Part shown: piece by piece, positions 12,101 through 25,446 of the stretch
How the letters are laid out: every line of letters begins with the position of its first letter
How positions within the stretch are numbered: the first letter of the stretch is position 1
Assembly: GCA_040285855.1 (NCBI GenBank)
Contig: JAUFOQ010000005.1
Span: forward strand, 1,302,001 to 1,366,000
Length of the DNA: 64,000 bases
Reading direction: 5' to 3'
Origin: Eukaryota sp. GEM-RC1
Lineage: Eukaryota
Position numbers and translations under genes: made by a program
Notes under the pieces: model-generated
What the model was told of the DNA's origin: nothing
Database searches by the model: none
Seen by the model: only the letters and a program-made list of their open reading frames with translations

Positions 12101-15100
12101 ATGTCTGACAATCCGCTTGTTCTGCAAGTTCCTACTGTTAACTATAATGCATCCGATGATTCGGATAGTGACTGGAATCTTGACTCTCCCATTACCCCTT
12201 CTGCAACTTATCTTGAGCCAAACTCTTTTCTTCAAGGTCTCATTATTGGTGTTGATTCTGATGAGGATACCAATCTTACCAACCTCCTGTCCTCCTCTTT
12301 TAAATTACCTTCCTTTCCAACATCAGAAGCCAAATTGTCAGATACTTCTTTGGTGCCAGAAGACTATGACATTTATAGCTCCTCGCTAGCTTTTCTCACA
12401 TCTCTATCTCCGTACTTTTTCTCTCCAAAGACATCTCCTTCTCTTTCCACTTCTTCCCTCTCAAAGCCATCCACTACTTGTCGTTCTGAGCCACAACCCC
12501 CGAGTAATTCTCTCTCTGATAAGCTTCTACCTCTTTTGCTGGACAACTCTCTTCATAAAGTACATCAGATTGCCATGAGTAGAACCTTTGGAGAGTACAA
12601 CTTTACAAGGGTTCTATCATTTTGATTAGTGACGATATCCGACCACCAAGTGATTTACTTTCTATTTCGGTAAAGAATGATTTGGACAAATTTGTAATCA
12701 ATTTCATGCATTTGGGAATGTTTTTGAGGAATTTTGAAAGTTCTAAAAGTGATCCAGATCTGGGCATTTCTGAATTCCTACAACCATTTGAAAATTCTCC
12801 TAATTTTTATACTTTTTCCTTGGCAACAACACTTCTTCATTCTGAACACACGTCACGGTGTGCCTTTTCTTTAATTAAACTACGAAAGCGACGTGTTGGA
12901 TATGTGTTTCCTGCTGAATTGTTAACAAAATTTCAAAAGCACGTTGAAAATCTATGTTTTTCCGAAGCATCACAGTTAGAGTCTTATATGGCTGCTTTTT
13001 CCTATGCCGTCTATTCCATGCATTTTAAAAATTCCACAAATTCCAATATCTCCACATATCTGTCAAAGTCAATTTCTCTTTTTGCTGCTTGTTTTGATTC
13101 GGAATTCCCGCCACCAATTTATGCCCTAATTGCAGTTTTGGAGTTTTCGTCCACTGAATATTCCAATGTTGGTCACTTTTTTAAATTATGTCATTTATTG
13201 TCTTTTGATGTTGTCCTACCATCGTTGTTTCAGTTTAATACCAAGGATTTGTTTCTGAAGTTAGGTGTATTGTCTTTAAAGAAACAGTTGGTTTTCATTT
13301 CTGCGTGGTGTTTTTCTAGAGTTGTGTCTGAGTTTTTCAGTCTTCCCGAAGCTAAATCTGTCAATAATTTTGAATTATTGGCTAAAATTCATAATTTTCC
13401 CTTACTTTTTTCGTCATTAGCTCAAGCACTGGCTTTTAACGGAAAGTTTACTATAATGCTCAACATCATGAGAAAATCAAAAATGCACAAATATTTTCCC
13501 TTTTGTCGCTCACTTATGCCCAGCTGCTTTGACTCTCATTGACCAATCATTTATGCTCTCTTTCCTAAAACGTGATTCGTATAATGAAGTTGTTGTTCAA
13601 GCTCAATTATTTGAATCTTTACTCGATCCAATTTCAGGAATTGAACTTTTGTCCAATTTTTTAAATTCTTATAAGTTTTCAAAGGAGAAGGAAGTTATTT
13701 TGAATTTCTATTTGGGACGTCTTTATCTTTTAGCCGAAAAATTCGACAAATGTGTTGAGATCAGCTCCAAATTTCAAAACTCTTCACTATCTCACAAATT
13801 TTCTTTACTACTAGCTTCAGCATATATTGAAATCCTGTACAGAACAATGGACTTCAACAGTGAAATCAAAATAACTGATGATCACGTGTTTTCTTCGAAA
13901 TTCTTTCTTTATGATAGCACTCTTTCCGTTTTAAAAGGAATCCCGAATTATACTGAAGTGTTTTCCAGTGTTAAATTCATTGAAGTTGAAGCAATCACAT
14001 TCTTTTTAGTATCAACAGTTTTTCAAGATTTTTCTGAAGTTTCTGATGCAATTGATGGAAAATTAGATCGATTTGACTTGCCTTATTTGAGTACGATTCT
14101 ATCAAGTGCATCGTCATCTTTTGATCCCCTTTTGTTTTGTCGAATAGCTGTTTGCTCGACAATTTTGCTACTATTTAAGAACTTTGATGGGCCTGCTTTT
14201 CAAACTTTTGAAAAATTCATACGTGTGTTATTCAAATATTTCCTACTTTCACCAACTATTTCTGTTGTTTCAGTTGCTCGATTCCCACCGCTTTTTGCTC
14301 GAAAATTTTTAAAAGTTCTACAGCTAGCATGTTTCGCCGTGCTACTTCTTAAAGAACGGACTAAATTTCAAATTGAAAAATATACTTGGATTTTTGAATT
14401 ATATTTAAATTTCTCCGCTAACCATCGTTGTCACTCAACTTCTTTTATCCAGGATCACAATGTTCTTACTCAGCTGCTAAATTCTCTACAAGATGTTCCC
14501 CTTTCCGCTTCACTTCCACCATCTGGAGCTAAACCAATCACTGGGCAATCACCGTTGACTATGGTTGACTTTTGGTTCAATAATCATTTTGGAAACGTGC
14601 GAGAATCACTTTGGGCTTTGTTATCGTGTGCCAATTCATGTGCAAATTCTAATTCTTACTTCTTTTTGAGTCGGTATTTGTCAATTTTAAATTCTTTACG
14701 ACATTTTTTTAAAAGAGAAGAATTCTCGCTTTTGTGTTTGCAGTGTCTTGGAGATGCCTGTCGAATGTCATTTAAACGTTGATAACTATGATTTTGAAAG
14801 TGATCTGTCAAAGTGGGAGAATTCTGTTGACAAAACGTATATTATGCCCCTGATTTTTGGTCTGATTGCAATCAGAACTGATCTCTTCCGTATCCATTAC
14901 GAGGTATTGGAAAGGGGGTCTGCTCAAAACTCTAATATTTTTAATAATTTAGGCTGGGATGCAATGATGGATTTAAACTTTGTTTCAAACAACAAAAAGA
15001 CACTATCCAACTTTCCGTTAAACATCACTTCAAAATTTAAATTTTTCCTCGCCTCAAGTCCGCCAGTAATTCACACAACGCATTCACTTGTATTTTTAAA

Positions 15101-15680
15101 TTTCGAACAATATTTTGATGATGGCAGCGTTTTCCGAACTAAACCAATGAGAAGTTTAACTACAGTTAAACCTACTAAGTTAGTTGTTCTTCATCCTCTT
15201 GATGGTTCAGTTCAGAGATTTTGTCAACGAGCTCAACAGCTTTCTGAAATTTCTAAAATTGACATGATTGATCAAATTTTAAAATTTGGGGAACAAACAA
15301 CCTCTCTTTCGAATGACGTATCCTGTTCTTTCATTTTCAGACCATGTAGAACGACTCAAGATTTCACAAAACACAAGAAATTTAAAACAGTAATTTCTGA
15401 GCATGTTGTTCATTTATCCATAGATTTATTAATGACACACGTTCGTGACGTGTCTTTTGACTTTGTTGTGATATTAAGCATTGCCGACTTTTTCTATCAA
15501 ATTCCAAAAATTCAATACTTATTTAGTCATTGTGCAAATATTTCGTTTTTGGTTGTTCCAACTAAATATGCACCGCTTTATACCAAACTAATTGTTTCTC
15601 ATCATTCTGAAGGTCTTTCGGTTATTCAAATAATTTCAAAATTGAGATCATCTGGTCTTCCAGTGACGTTTTTCAGGTAG
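12101..15680 (+). CDS. Large hypothetical protein (about 1180 aa, S/P-rich N-terminus, possible TPR-like helices) spread over four abutting ORFs
   Basis: ORFs 12101-12625, 12622-13542, 13529-14782 and 14748-15680 tile with overlaps and only the first has a real ATG start. The first junction fits a GT-AG intron (12560-12582 or 12595-12629); the other two are +1 breaks. Confidence 0.6.
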
Positions 15681-16670
15681 TTGGTTTCTTAAAAGTTTTA
15701 ATTATTATTTAATTTTGTGTACATTTTTCGTTCTTCAATTGGTTTTCATCTCCTTTGTATTAGTTTAGGGGGATTGTATTTGATTGGTAGTCTGTTCTTC
15801 CCTTGAATGAATTGGGAAATATACCAAGTTCTTGTATATTTTTTAATATTTGGTTTGTAACTCTTTGTTACAAGAATTAGTCTGTTTTTTATGAAGTAGT
15901 GATGTAAATTTTTCTTTTTGATTCAATTGCTGTTTGATCACTACTTTTGGATAATTCCCCGTTATTATTGCATATATCCTTATCGTTCCTTTAAAGAAAG
16001 ATTTTTCAGGACCATCTACTGTAGTATCATAATTGATTGTTTCTATAAAGATTGATGTTTGTGTGTTATTAGTCAATTCTTCAGTGAATAAGCCGAGTGT
16101 AAATTCAAGTTCGGATCTGGATTAATATTGGAAATGATGGTTCTTCATAATCACTCGTTGCTACTGTATTAACATAGATTATAGTTTACCATCATGCAGT
16201 CTGGCCTCGGTATAGTAACGCTACATTGCAGATCGACTGGTTTGTATTTTGTTAGATACATAATCCATAATACATGTGCATTTGCACTTGTATACACTAA
16301 GATTGAAGTTCTTCTCTCTACCACGAAACTGGAAAGAACAATTGTGTTTTTAGTACACAACTTTGTCATACAGTGATTTCTGAAGTGAAATTGCCGCTAT
16401 TTGTACAAATATGTGGTTTTGAGAGCATATTCAAAGGGGTTGGTTGAATTTGACTGTAAACACTTCTGTTTCAATAGTCAGATAGTCTCACTCCCTAACT
16501 TAAAGGCAACCTCAATCTCTGGTCTTGATTCTTTGTCATCACGCGTCTTTGAAACTACAACTGTTGCCCTTTCATCGAGTATCTTTCACACTGTAAGCTC
16601 ACTGTAGAGCTTGGCTACAGTGAGCTTCAAAGTGGACCAGCGTGGGTCTCCAGTACTTTTCTTTGTTCAA

Positions 16671-17437
16671 ATGAAAGATCGTTTCCTCAAGCTGATTCAA
16701 CAAGAGCCCGACATTGAAGATCCCTCCGGTAAAGACAAACTGTATGTGCTAGTAATTGTTTCACCCAAGTTCCAAAGAAGAAGTCTTCCCTGTTCACTGG
16801 ATCTCAGTGATTTGTGTTATCTTTGTCATTGTCATCCTCATTTTGATCAAGAAGCCTGACCCAAAAGATCCTACTCTTGATCAAGTACTCACCTTCTCTA
16901 TGGACATTGATATCTCTGTTTGTGCTGACGAATTTTCAGCATTTGAAGGAGAATGGACTGTTTCTGCTGAGTATAGTGATGAAGATAACCATCGTTGGAT
17001 TATTCAGAATGAAAACACTGCTTTTGTATGTCAAGGCAACGAACTTTTCCAGTATGACACCACCACTGAAATATGCGGTGTAGTTGCTGGCAATTGCGAT
17101 CCTGACCTCTTCTTGGTGGACGAAGACTCATCAGCTGTTGGAAAAAGATGGGGAGATGCTGACAAATGCATTGTATGTTAACAAAGCCTATTCACTTTAG
17201 ATTTGGGAGCCTGATAACAATGACGAGACCAATGATGATGCCTTTACTTCAATCTGTTTGAACAAGGATGGATTTATTGTTCAACAAACAGCTTGTACCA
17301 ACGCTATTGGAACAAACCACTGCCTTCGATACACGGCCGACAATTGGGAGGAAATTGACAGCGCTGACGTACCAATTTGTCCTACTCCAGTCAAGAAAAC
17401 CAAGAAGTCCAAATGCAAAAAGTGTAAGAAGATTTAG
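16671..17437 (+). CDS. Type II membrane protein with Cys-rich acidic ectodomain, unknown function; introns 16742-16769 and 17173-17200
   Basis: Two 28-nt GTATGT...TTCAC-NNNAG introns join MKDRFLK..., a TM segment WISVICVIFVIVILILI, and IWEPDNN...KKCKKI* into one frame. Confidence 0.7.
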
Positions 17438-17589
17438 GCTTTCGAAATAAATGTGAAGTGACCAAATATTTTAATCTATAATAGATATTCTAAGTATCCT
17501 CGATATCTGGTTATGGTGTATTCTGATTCTTGAATTTGAACACAATGAAATTATGTTAGACAAATTGTTTCAACTGACGAGGTTTAGCT

Positions 17590-19261
17590 AGTGTTCGAAA
17601 ACGAGGCAATTACAAAAATAGACACGTCCTTACATCTCCTTATCAGAAATAGACACGTTTTATTGGGTTCTCCATCTCTGCTTCTATGAGCATCTACACC
17701 GTAGATTCTACTTCCTCTCTTTCATTGTGTATGGCCTCTTCCTCTTCTGATTCAACATCTCCATAATCTATGAGTTCTATCAAGTTGTCATGGTTCTCCT
17801 CTGGCTCAAACTCAGCTAGCCAATTGTCGATGTCAGACTTCTTAACCTTCTTTTTCTTGCTTGATGCAAAACGATCCGCTCTCTTCTTACGTGGTCTACC
17901 AGGAGCATTGTTTGGATCGGGGGCAATCACACAATCCAATCCTCTCACTTCTGTCCATGCTGATCTATCAGGCATTATCGGAATAATACCAACATATGTG
18001 CAGGCATAGTTCTGAAGAGAATGTATGTCCTCAATTCCTTCAGTTGGCATCGTTTTCTTCTTCAAAAACACAGCCAATGCGTGAGGACATGGGTAGCCGT
18101 TCTTTTGCCATCGTTTACATGAGCAGCTCTTTGCTGCAAAATTCAAATCCTTTTCTACTGGCTCCATACATTAGAAACAGTTTGTCAAAAATCTCATTAT
18201 TAGTGGAATAAATAAGAATAGAATCTTGAGCAGTCTGATCAAAGTAGTATTTATAGAGAGGAAGAAGAGAAAAGTTTTCTTCATATCCGCCGAAAATATC
18301 GTCGATACAAAATTTCTTGGCCCTGTGTGCGGTAAGATATGGAACATCAACATTGTAAAGGATCTTCATATCATGCATTATGTCTCGAGTTAAATAAAAA
18401 GAATTTGCTCGAATCTTGGTTCGGACCACAGGGTTTGTGGAGATGAATAAGGGACATGCATTTGGATTGGTAGTAGAAAGGGATCCATGGCATGTATGAG
18501 GGGAAAACTGGTTCACTTTGAAGGGATACTTCTCCAATACAATCTTACGAGACATGGTACGTCTACCGGGACGTTGTGATGTAGATGTTAACTTGAAAGA
18601 GCATTGTGCATCAAGACATGTGGTCGACAGTCGATCGCCACTACTTGCAGTTACTTTTGTTTTAGCACCACGGAATAAGTTATAATGCTTAAGAGCAACT
18701 TGTAACTCCATTTTATTGAGAAAAAGAGATCCATCAGTGAGTTTGTCAGCAGCTTCGTTCTTCTGACGCACAATAGATGCTAACGTAGTTTCCTCGTCTT
18801 TATCCATGAAGGAGGAGGATGTTGGAAGGATTCAACAACGTGTCTATTTTTGATAATGGGTGTTTGGAATGTGTCTATTTGAGATATTTTCTCGTTCGAA
18901 AACACACGTGTCATTCAGAAAACGAACGTGTGAAACACGTTTCCGAACCGCACACGTGTCCGAATGGTGCGAATTCAACAATTCCATCCTTTCAAAGATT
19001 TCTCACTCTCCCCTCATTTCAAGACGACTGGCTCTCAACAAATTCTAATGAAGATGACATTAACGATGTAACTGACGTTGAAGACTCAGAGGACGATGTG
19101 ATATAGAACCATTATCTTGTATGTAGTAACTAGTGACTAAATAAAGCACATCTACTTTTTGAGAACAAAAGGTGCACACGTGTCCAAAAACAAAACGAAC
19201 GTGTGAAACACGTTTCCGAAGCGCACACGTATCCGAACGTGTCCGACACATTTCGAACACT
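17590..19261 (-). mobile_element. Internally deleted Mutator-like element (MULE)
   Basis: Termini AGTGTTCGAAA/TTTCGAACACT, 9-bp TSD GGTTTAGCT (17581-17589, 19262-19270). MuDR-like N-terminus (ORF 18115-18807) and SWIM finger SCSCKRWQKNGYPCPHALAV plus PGRPRKKR (ORF 17694-18167), with the DDE core missing. Confidence 0.9.
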
Positions 19262-19416
19262 GGTTTAGCTAAATATGGTGTACATTGTAATCAAAACGTC
19301 AATCTCCGAACGGTTTCAATTGGAGAGAATATGATGTACATGTACATTCCACTATTACGTTCTGAACAGACCATCATTGAGAAAACATTTTAAAAAGAGA
19401 CATTTATTCAATCAAA

Positions 19417-20901
19417 TTAGAGTTCTTCATTAACCATCTCTTCTTCATCTTCTTCTTGCTGTTCATCCTCTTCTTGTTGAACTTCTTCAATATGGATTTC
19501 AGGAAGTTCTGTCTTTACATTTTCCTTTAAGAAGTTCAAAAGACCAGTCACAGTTCGATCTCCTTCAAATTGAACTGGTTCTACATCGACTTCATTAGCT
19601 TTGTACAAAACAACAGTAGGATAGCCACTGATATCTACATTGGCAGTTTCAGGAACATCATTAGCATCAGCATTAAACAGCACAACCTTGACTTTGCTGT
19701 TAGCCATCTTTAAATGGTTAGCTAATTCCTCAACAATAGGCTTGAAGGAAGTACAGTGACCACAGAAGGGAGCCCAGTACATGACCAAAACATCAAAACC
19801 TTCATGAGTTGGATGTAAAACTTCTTGTTCGAAGGTGTTTCTGACAGCAACACGGCAAACTCCTTGTTCTTCTTCTGATGGAGCGTCTTCAGATCGAACG
19901 TACTTCTCAGTCTTTCCTTCAATAACTTCTTGGACAAAGCTGGGAATGGCTTCAACATCGAGTTTAGGCATGTTGAAGTGGGCGTTATCGTTGATCATAA
20001 CCACAGTAAATGAAGGGACCTCAGTGTGACCAAGACGTTCCATGAACTGACCATAGACAATTGCATCAATGGTGGTGAGCTGAGTGGTGGGATGAACGGC
20101 TTTGAGTTGCTCTCCGATTTTAGTATACTTTTCAATGATCTCGGTGTCTTTCTTGGGATCAACAAAGAGAATACCAATGGGACCAGCTTCTGGGTGGAAA
20201 ACGTCAGCAAAGGTCTCTCGGCTAAGTTCAACCACAACTGGCTTGCGGTTAGCTTCAATAAAGGCAGTGAGTTCTTCCTCGTTCTTGATGTCTCCTTCGA
20301 AAACCAATTCTCCATCAGTTTCAGTCTTGTGGAGAACGAACTTGGCGTCACCTTCAGTAGCGAATCGGCCAAAGTTGAGACGGTCAACATAGTTAGCTGC
20401 AAGATTGTTGAGAGCTTCATATTCTTCAGTATCTTTGTTGACATGAACAAAAGCGAAAACCTTGTTTGCTTCCTTGAATTTGTTCATTTGTTCATCACTG
20501 GTAATATCGTGCAACAGAGGCATGGTCATCTTGAGAGAATATCCAACAATGTTTTCAGCATTGCGTTCTCCTTGATACTCAGTCCAGAATTGACCATTTC
20601 TGAAGAGATGAATAGTGGGGAATCCTTGGATACCAGCTGTCTGGCAAAGTTCTTCGTTTTCATCACAATCAACTTCAGCGAGGATCATTTTGGAAGGATC
20701 TTCGAGGGAATTGGCGATAGTCTTGGCAGCCTCTTCGTATTCAGGCTGAAGAGTCTTACAATGTCCACACCAAGGAGCGAACCATTTGACAAGAACGTAA
20801 TCATGAGATTTGATCGTTTCGTCAAAGTTTTCCTGGTTCAGGACAGTAACTGAGGCCAATGATAGACAAACAAGAAGTAATCCGATTAGAAGACGATTCA
20901 T
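19417..20901 (-). CDS. PDI: Protein disulfide isomerase (copy 1), 494 aa
   Basis: Signal peptide MNRLLIGLLLVCLSLA, thioredoxin sites WCGHC and FCGHC, acidic tail ending NEEL. Confidence 0.95.
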   Translation of the reverse strand: MNRLLIGLLLVCLSLASVTVLNQENFDETIKSHDYVLVKWFAPWCGHCKTLQPEYEEAAKTIANSLEDPSKMILAEVDCDENEELCQTAGIQGFPTIHLFRNGQFWTEYQGERNAENIVGYSLKMTMPLLHDITSDEQMNKFKEANKVFAFVHVNKDTEEYEALNNLAANYVDRLNFGRFATEGDAKFVLHKTETDGELVFEGDIKNEEELTAFIEANRKPVVVELSRETFADVFHPEAGPIGILFVDPKKDTEIIEKYTKIGEQLKAVHPTTQLTTIDAIVYGQFMERLGHTEVPSFTVVMINDNAHFNMPKLDVEAIPSFVQEVIEGKTEKYVRSEDAPSEEEQGVCRVAVRNTFEQEVLHPTHEGFDVLVMYWAPFCGHCTSFKPIVEELANHLKMANSKVKVVLFNADANDVPETANVDISGYPTVVLYKANEVDVEPVQFEGDRTVTGLLNFLKENVKTELPEIHIEEVQQEEDEQQEEDEEEMVNEEL

Positions 20902-21923
20902 GTGGAGAGGAATATTGTTGGGCAATTTGTCAAACCGAATTTGAACAACAACTCACAGTGACATGGCAAGTGACAAGTTGATGATGAGACATCTTCTGTG
21001 GTATCTTTAGTCGGTCTCTCATCTCTATTACGTATCATTTAACTTTTGATATGGGTTGTTGTACATTGGACATCTCGTAGAAAGAACATAATTTTATGAG
21101 CTACACTTGAACGATAATCTAAACTGGTTTATGAGAGCCATTTGGAAGGATACGAATAATAACACCAACTGTTTTAATGTTAGTAAGTGGGAGTAGTAAG
21201 TAGGAGTATGCTCTTTGCAATTGTTTGATTGTCACAGCCACCTATGCTACACAGGGTTCAAATTGTGCTGAATACGTGGATTTTTTTAAGAGTAATTATT
21301 TCCAAGTTCGGGGAGGCTAATAACATCATTTTATTTTTGTTACAAACATGTTAGACCATCCTTATGGCCCCTCCTCAAAGGTCATCAGTATTGACCAACA
21401 GCTGAAAATACTGCTCCTTTCAACATCCACATCTGTAAGAGAACACTGGATTCTGAATTGATGTTACATATACATCAGGGCCTGGTAAAATTGAATTGAT
21501 TGCCAATGTCAATTACTGCTATTTAACCAATGTCGATTCTAATCTGTTAAATGAATCCAATCAATATTTCAATGTTACGTCATCATGTGCCGTTTTTTGT
21601 TGTGCTGAAGTCTATATTAGTATTCAACTTACTATCAACAACAGTAAATTGTTTATACAACTGAACTGATGGTTGACATCCTTAAAGAAACAATTTCCTA
21701 TTTGGAAACTTTGACCATCCTTAGCTTCATAAAGAGTTGAAAGAGATTAAAAAGCGTTAGAATTCTAGTATCCATAATATTTGCTACAACATATTTTCTA
21801 GGTTGACGACCAATTGAAGAAGCTCAATTGACATCTAGATCATAAACATCGCTCAGCAACTAAGTTAATACTCGCAACAGCATTTGTTTTTGGGAACGTC
21901 ATCCTTAAGTCCTTACAGGTGTC

Positions 21924-22817
21924 CAGGGATCCCAATAAAAATTTATCAGCAAAATTATTGCAATAAATATATCACAATAATTTATTTTTGGCAAATCGCG
22001 ATATCAGTATTTATTGCAATTATTTCTGATAATTTTTCCCGTCTGTTTTCTGACGTGATTCCATCAAACATCTACATTTCAGTGTTCTTTTCAAACATTT
22101 TTGTATCTCTTCTGTTGTAAATGTTCTTTCTCGAGTTTTACAGGTTCTATTACTTTGGCGGAAAAAACACATGTCATATTTCCAAGCGTTCATCGATCAA
22201 TCATCTGATTATGTTGATCTTTTTTTCATATCAGCTACTTCGAACATCGTTGTACGGTATATATATCTTTATTCGGCACCCAATAAGGTAATCCTCCTAC
22301 AAACTATGAAATTGTAAAAACAAACAAATAATACTAAGATTAAATCCAAACGACTTCATCACCACCCAGAAAAAGATTACGTTTATCAACATTAACCTTC
22401 ACACCTAACTTGTACAATTTCTCAATTAATCAAGAGAAATAGAAAGGCATATTCCGATATATGGAAAACACTATACGGTTTTTCCATTCAGCCATCTAAA
22501 CTTATGCTGTTTTTCTTTACACAGTTCTTCGAAAAGTACGTTTGTTCTCAAAGTTGAAACTTCGGCGCCGATCCAAGCTCCATCCTTCTGCCCTTCGTGG
22601 TGAGGTCATTTTGAACATAAAAAGTAAGTACTTGAATTTCGACGCTGTGAGAGCTACTCTTCTTTGAGTTAGAGTGTCTTTCTAGTTAATTAAATTAAAG
22701 TTCTTTCATCTTTTCTTATCAATTATTTATCATTGATAAATAGTGATATATGACAATAATTTATTTTCAGCAATTTATGACGGAAAATATATTGCAATAT
22801 ATTTTTGGACATCACTG
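21924..22817. mobile_element. hAT-type non-autonomous element carrying a retrotransposon 3' end (22265-22530)
   Basis: 8-bp TSD CAGGTGTC (21916-21923, 22818-22825), imperfect TIR CAG(G/T)GAT. The internal segment is the reverse complement of about 6470-6735. Confidence 0.8.
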
Positions 22818-22923
22818 CAGGTGTCTTAACATTAAGAACTTAAGACTTGGAATTTTACAGCTGGTCAGTATGCAGCAAAGCTGTCCCTTAGACTATATAA
22901 GTAATGCCGTAAATGGGTAACCA

Positions 22924-23073
22924 CCGAGCTGTCAACGGCATGGTTTGGCCTGTAAAATTCCAAACTGGTTCGGCTTTGGCTTGAGCCATTTGAGTAAGCC
23001 AAGCCAAATTTGGATATGAATTGGCTCAAGTCGTTCGGTTTACGGCCGTTCGGGAAACCGTTTGACAGCTCGT
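22924..23073. mobile_element. Small MITE
   Basis: Inverted termini CGAGCTGTCAA(A)CGG, flanks GGTAACCA/GGTAATCA. Confidence 0.6.
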
Positions 23074-23629
23074 GGTAATCAGATGTAATAAACAACTTGA
23101 CAAACCCTAATGGTAAAGTACTACATGTCGTAGTTGAGAATCTATCTTAGCCCATGAATTTCAGACAACATAGCTGTGCTGGATTCGCTAGTTGTGTTCG
23201 TTGGGCCATGAGGAGTGTTCCTACAACTGTCAAGAAGAACATCCAAAATGTTTGTTGTCATATCAACGCCCTTCCTGATGATGGTATTTAGCCAAATGAT
23301 CTTATCAAATCAATGTGTGATTCAATTGATGAACACATCGTTAATAGAATCAACTACTCGTCAATGCTTTTTTTGATTATTGGAGGACTGCTAAACCCCT
23401 CTTTAAGAAGATACAATACAAAGTTGTTTAACGATGCCGCCTATTTGTATACAACCAATTACGCTTTACTGACAAATTTCAAAATAAAATAGCTACGAAC
23501 TGAGTTTGAAGCATTGACAAAATTTCCATATGGATCAGAGGAAGAACAATCGTTGTCACCTCCCAAATGGTGGTTTTCTGTAAGATCATTACTCTTGTCA
23601 TGCTTCACGTACCTTTACAGGCTGTAAAG

Positions 23630-24205
23630 CATACTTGTAAAATACACCAGTTTTCATTTGAAAAATACAAAAATACATAAAGTACACTAAAATACAGAGT
23701 AAAATACAATCAGATCAGTCTGCTAATCTTCTTTAACGAGTACTCAGCGATAACGGTGCGGTGTAAGATTGTATTGGTTTCCATTTCATGCAGGTGGTTA
23801 CAACCATGACCACAAGGTTGATCTGCACTAATTCACTGATTTCAGCATCTGTGTCTTGCGCCACGTCCTCTTGCTTATGATCCAGAAGTTACTTCTTGGA
23901 TTGTTAGGATGAATTGAGGAAGAGACCACATCATAGAGAGTTTTGTTCATTTTCACAGATTGAGTTTGATGCATGTAAGTGAAATCTTAATCAAATGGAC
24001 TGGAAGATATGAACCAAAGAATGACTGCATCTAAAACTAACACTTGATATCATTATAACGAGCGGACGAAGCACTTGTCAAGCATGTTGAAAAATACGGT
24101 AAAATACAGTTTGTATTTTAAATCACACTTTTGAAAAATACATGTAATACGTAAAATACAAAAATGCATAAAATACAGATTTTTGTATTTTACAAGTACA
24201 GTATG
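23630..24205. mobile_element. hAT-type MITE
   Basis: TIR CATAC..TTGTAAAATAC, 8-bp TSD CTGTAAAG (23622-23629, 24206-24213), AAATAC subterminal repeats. Confidence 0.8.
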
Positions 24206-24782
24206 CTGTAAAGTTGTAAAGTTTGATTGTAACGAAATTAAATTGTATTTACCACTTTACAAAACAATTTATGTGGAATTATGTACAGCTAAGGTTTGAT
24301 GTAAAGTATATTTGAGTTTGTATATGTATGTTGATTTATGAGCTTACACTAATGTAGAAAGTGTATGAACATCAAAGTCAAATTCTGAGTGAAGTTTCTT
24401 TTTGAAAAGATTTTCAACACTTTGTAGTCATTATCGCAGGTATGATGCTCAAACTGATACTACTCAGACAGTAAGGAAGATATACATAAAGACATTTCTC
24501 ATGTTAACCATGATGAGCCTGAAGTCGGACAACAATTCTATACCATACGATTGATTCCATTCAGTGATCCATTGTGTGTCCCAGATCTTCTTTTCATCTT
24601 ACACTTCCCAGATATCAGCAACGGTAAACGTTCAGCTTCTGTTCAATAAGCAAAAGATGAGTTCCTTGAGTTTCATAATGTTGAAGATGGTATTAATGTT
24701 GGGGAGGATATTGTTGTTGAGTCAAATAGAGTTACTCTTTCAACTGAACGAAAATGTACTGTTAGGACACCTCTGTTAAAAA

Positions 24783-25446
24783 CAGTGATGACGGGTACCA
24801 ATGGTACCCCGGGTACCATAATTTTGGGTACCATCGTGGTACCCTCTTTTCAAAAATCCAATGTGGGTACCATGTATTTTTCAAGTTCCTTTATCAAGCC
24901 TTATATGGCATCTTAACACTCACTAGTACACAACACAGTATAGAATTAACACTTTATCACAATAAAAAGTATGATACAGAATAACTAGACAATATTGTTC
25001 ACATCGTCACCAAATTCGTCTAATGGATCTAGTACACGAACGAAAAATGCTTCGTTCAAATCATACATGTTGGCTTTTAATTCCCAGTTTGTTTGATCTG
25101 ATTAATCAGCATCATCAGGTTTAGAATCTTCAAAATCACTATGTTCCACTACCAGCTCATAATCTGCTTCTTCTACTCCAGTTCACTCAAAATCTTGTGG
25201 TTGAAATTGTAATCAACGGCATCCATTTTGTTTTTGGTGGTGGTGGCCATTAACGCGACCTGTGACCCTGAGGACCTGGAAAAAGAGGTAAGTTCGGTAG
25301 AGGAAAGATCCATGATGTAGGGTAGGTAACAATACCAAATTGAGACACGTGTCATATGGTACCCCGGTGGTACCCACCATGGGATTAATGGTACCCCCGG
25401 GTACCATGGGGTACCATGAACGAAACCGTGGTACCCGTCATCACTG
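24783..25446. mobile_element. hAT-type MITE, GGTACC-rich family (copy 1)
   Basis: TIR CAGTGATGACGGGTACC, 8-bp TSD GTTAAAAA. Confidence 0.92.

Noticed and set aside
18115..18167. Frame change in the MULE transposase as another programmed shift
   Set aside because: It is an internal-deletion junction; the whole DDE domain is missing between YGASRKGF and the SWIM finger.
20026..20853. 275-aa antisense ORF (also 32024-32851) and other ORFs opposite PDI, PEPCK, Spt5 and LRR genes
   Set aside because: Shadow ORFs caused by codon bias of the sense gene; no motifs.
25173..25355. Duplicated 60-aa ORF MTRVSIWY (also 37195-37377) as a small gene
   Set aside because: It lies inside two recent copies of the same MITE, so identity reflects transposition.
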